Assembly: GCA_965198005.1 (NCBI GenBank)
Contig: CBDAOI010000002.1
Span: 800,001 to 864,000 of the forward strand
DNA length: 64,000 bases
DNA from: Spirochaetia bacterium
GTDB taxonomy: Bacteria > Spirochaetota > Spirochaetia > SZUA-6 > Bin103
Direction: 5' to 3'
Shown: positions 62,596 to 64,000 of the stretch, one piece after another
Position numbering within the stretch: position 1 is the first letter of the stretch
Layout of the letters: each line of letters starts with the position of its first letter
The notes under the pieces: model-generated
Databases searched by the model: none
The model's input: only the letters and a program-made list of their open reading frames with translations
What the model was told of the DNA's origin: nothing
Translations under genes and position numbers: made by a program

Positions 62596-64000
62596 TCAGT
62601 AGACGCCGAGAATCGTCAGCCCACCCCAGCGCACGCGGTAGGAGCTCAGACCGCCCGCCGCCTCTTCATGCAGCAGTTGCAGCGTCCCCAGCTCCGGCCG
62701 GCGCAGGGTGCGGGCCGCCGGGTCGATCTGGTCGGTGGCGGTGAGCCCCTTCGACAGGACCAGGTGGCGATTGCCCAGGTTGCCGAAGTAGTAGTCTTCC
62801 GGTTCGACCTTGGCCTCCGGAGTCACCAGCGCCGCACCGGCGCCCAGGGCAGGGTCGACCGGCACCCATCCGAACTGGTGCAGGTAGAACTCGGTCCAGA
62901 AATGGGGGTGAGGCTGGTGCGGCGACTGAATCAGGTAGCCGGCCACGGGGCGCGCCGGAACCCCGGCGGCGCGCAGCAGGGCCGTGTACAGGATGGCGAA
63001 GTCGTAGGCATCGCCGCCGCCGGACCGCAGCACCTCGAGCGGATCGGCGGCGCGGGTGGGGCGGTAGGCGACGTGGGTGCGCAGGTAGTCGTACAGCATC
63101 CGGGCGCGGTTCCACGGGTTGTCGTCGCCGCCCGCCACCCGCGCCGCCACGGCCGTGACGTCGGCATCGTCCGCCGGTACCAGGGGGTCGGGGGCGGAGA
63201 ACGTCAGGTAGCTCCGGGCGTGCGCGTCGTACGGCACGACGCGCCGCGGCGACACCACGGTCTCGACCGCGTAGCGCTCGAAGATGAAGTGTTGCGTAAC
63301 GTCGTACACGCCGCCGGTCACCAGGTCGCGCAGGTGGAACACGGTGACCCCGGATACGTCGTCGTACAGCGGCTCCGGTTCCCGCACCACCACCTGTACG
63401 TCACGCTGCGCCGGCGCCGGCCAGATGCGCGGGACCCAGAGGTACAGCTCATTGGGGCGGGTGGCACTGACGTCCGATACCGACAGGTCGACCGCCACCG
63501 AATAGGTGCGTCTGCTGTGAAACCGCTTGGTGCCGACCGCGCCGCTCACCTCGAAGAACACCTCGTTGCTGCGGCCCTTGTCGGTCTCCACCAGCAGGTT
63601 GCCGGTGGCGGCGCCGTCGGGTACGCGCACGTGCACCTCGGTGTCGGACCAGGCTTCGTAGTCCAGGTCGTGCTCGCTGGCGGCGATGAAACGGCCGCCG
63701 GCCGCCTCCGCCTCGGAGGCCCCGCCGGTGCGCCAGGTAAACAGCACCTGGGAGTCACCGCGTTGCAGACCGAAATTGGTGCCGGTCAGCACCACCAGTT
63801 CGCCAACCGCGGCGCGCGGCCGATCCAGCGCCGCGACGTACGGCTGGCCGGGGCTGGCGGGACCGGAAATAACCACCGGCAGGAAGTCGCGGTTGGCGAA
63901 CAGCAAGCCGTTGCTGCGGGCGCCGCCGGCGACCACGTACACGTAGCCGGAGCGCACCTCCTCGGGCACACGCACGCTGATGCGGTGGTCCAGCCACTCG
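62596..64000 (-). CDS. IPT/TIG-domain transglutaminase-like protein (5' end outside the window)
   Basis: IPT repeats (G.NFG, WSDTEV.VRVP.GA.TG) and a TGase core ALLRAAGVPAR..GY, HFWTEFY...GWVPVDP. Confidence 0.85.
   Translation of the reverse strand, partial: EWLDHRISVRVPEEVRSGYVYVVAGGARSNGLLFANRDFLPVVISGPASPGQPYVAALDRPRAAVGELVVLTGTNFGLQRGDSQVLFTWRTGGASEAEAAGGRFIAASEHDLDYEAWSDTEVHVRVPDGAATGNLLVETDKGRSNEVFFEVSGAVGTKRFHSRRTYSVAVDLSVSDVSATRPNELYLWVPRIWPAPAQRDVQVVVREPEPLYDDVSGVTVFHLRDLVTGGVYDVTQHFIFERYAVETVVSPRRVVPYDAHARSYLTFSAPDPLVPADDADVTAVAARVAGGDDNPWNRARMLYDYLRTHVAYRPTRAADPLEVLRSGGGDAYDFAILYTALLRAAGVPARPVAGYLIQSPHQPHPHFWTEFYLHQFGWVPVDPALGAGAALVTPEAKVEPEDYYFGNLGNRHLVLSKGLTATDQIDPAARTLRRPELGTLQLLHEEAAGGLSSYRVRWGGLTILGVY

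Overview
High-GC bacterial DNA, probably from a Spirochaetota lineage. That assignment is an inference from the SecD N-terminus, a groEL with no adjacent groES, and an IPT/TIG-transglutaminase protein. Intact blocks: tyrosine phosphatase, LarA-like protein, M20 and M3B peptidases, DNA polymerase II, an AAA_14/DUF4143 ATPase, a methylcrotonyl-CoA carboxylase / CoA-transferase / double-MaoC cluster, iolD with a sugar ABC system, a five-gene peptide ABC operon, UvrD, and a long minus-strand core block (2-oxoacid dehydrogenase E1a/E1b/E2, birA, groEL, yajC-secD-secF, thrS, ATP-cone nucleoside kinase) beside tRNA-Cys. Between these lie about eight patchwork zones of short fragments from unrelated genes (toxin-antitoxin, defence, IS4, ABC permeases, enzymes), joined end to end in mixed orientation. 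At least one in-place micro-inversion and one in-frame deletion have microhomology at the junctions. The most notable items are the patchwork itself, a Gabija-like OLD+UvrD pair nested inside a decayed SNF2-helicase/DUF1156 restriction-like locus, an intact 496-aa orphan that may combine two winged helices, a degenerate exonuclease and a WYL-like domain, and an ATP-cone/uridine-kinase fusion directly behind thrS. All family calls come from motif recognition by eye; no database searches were run.
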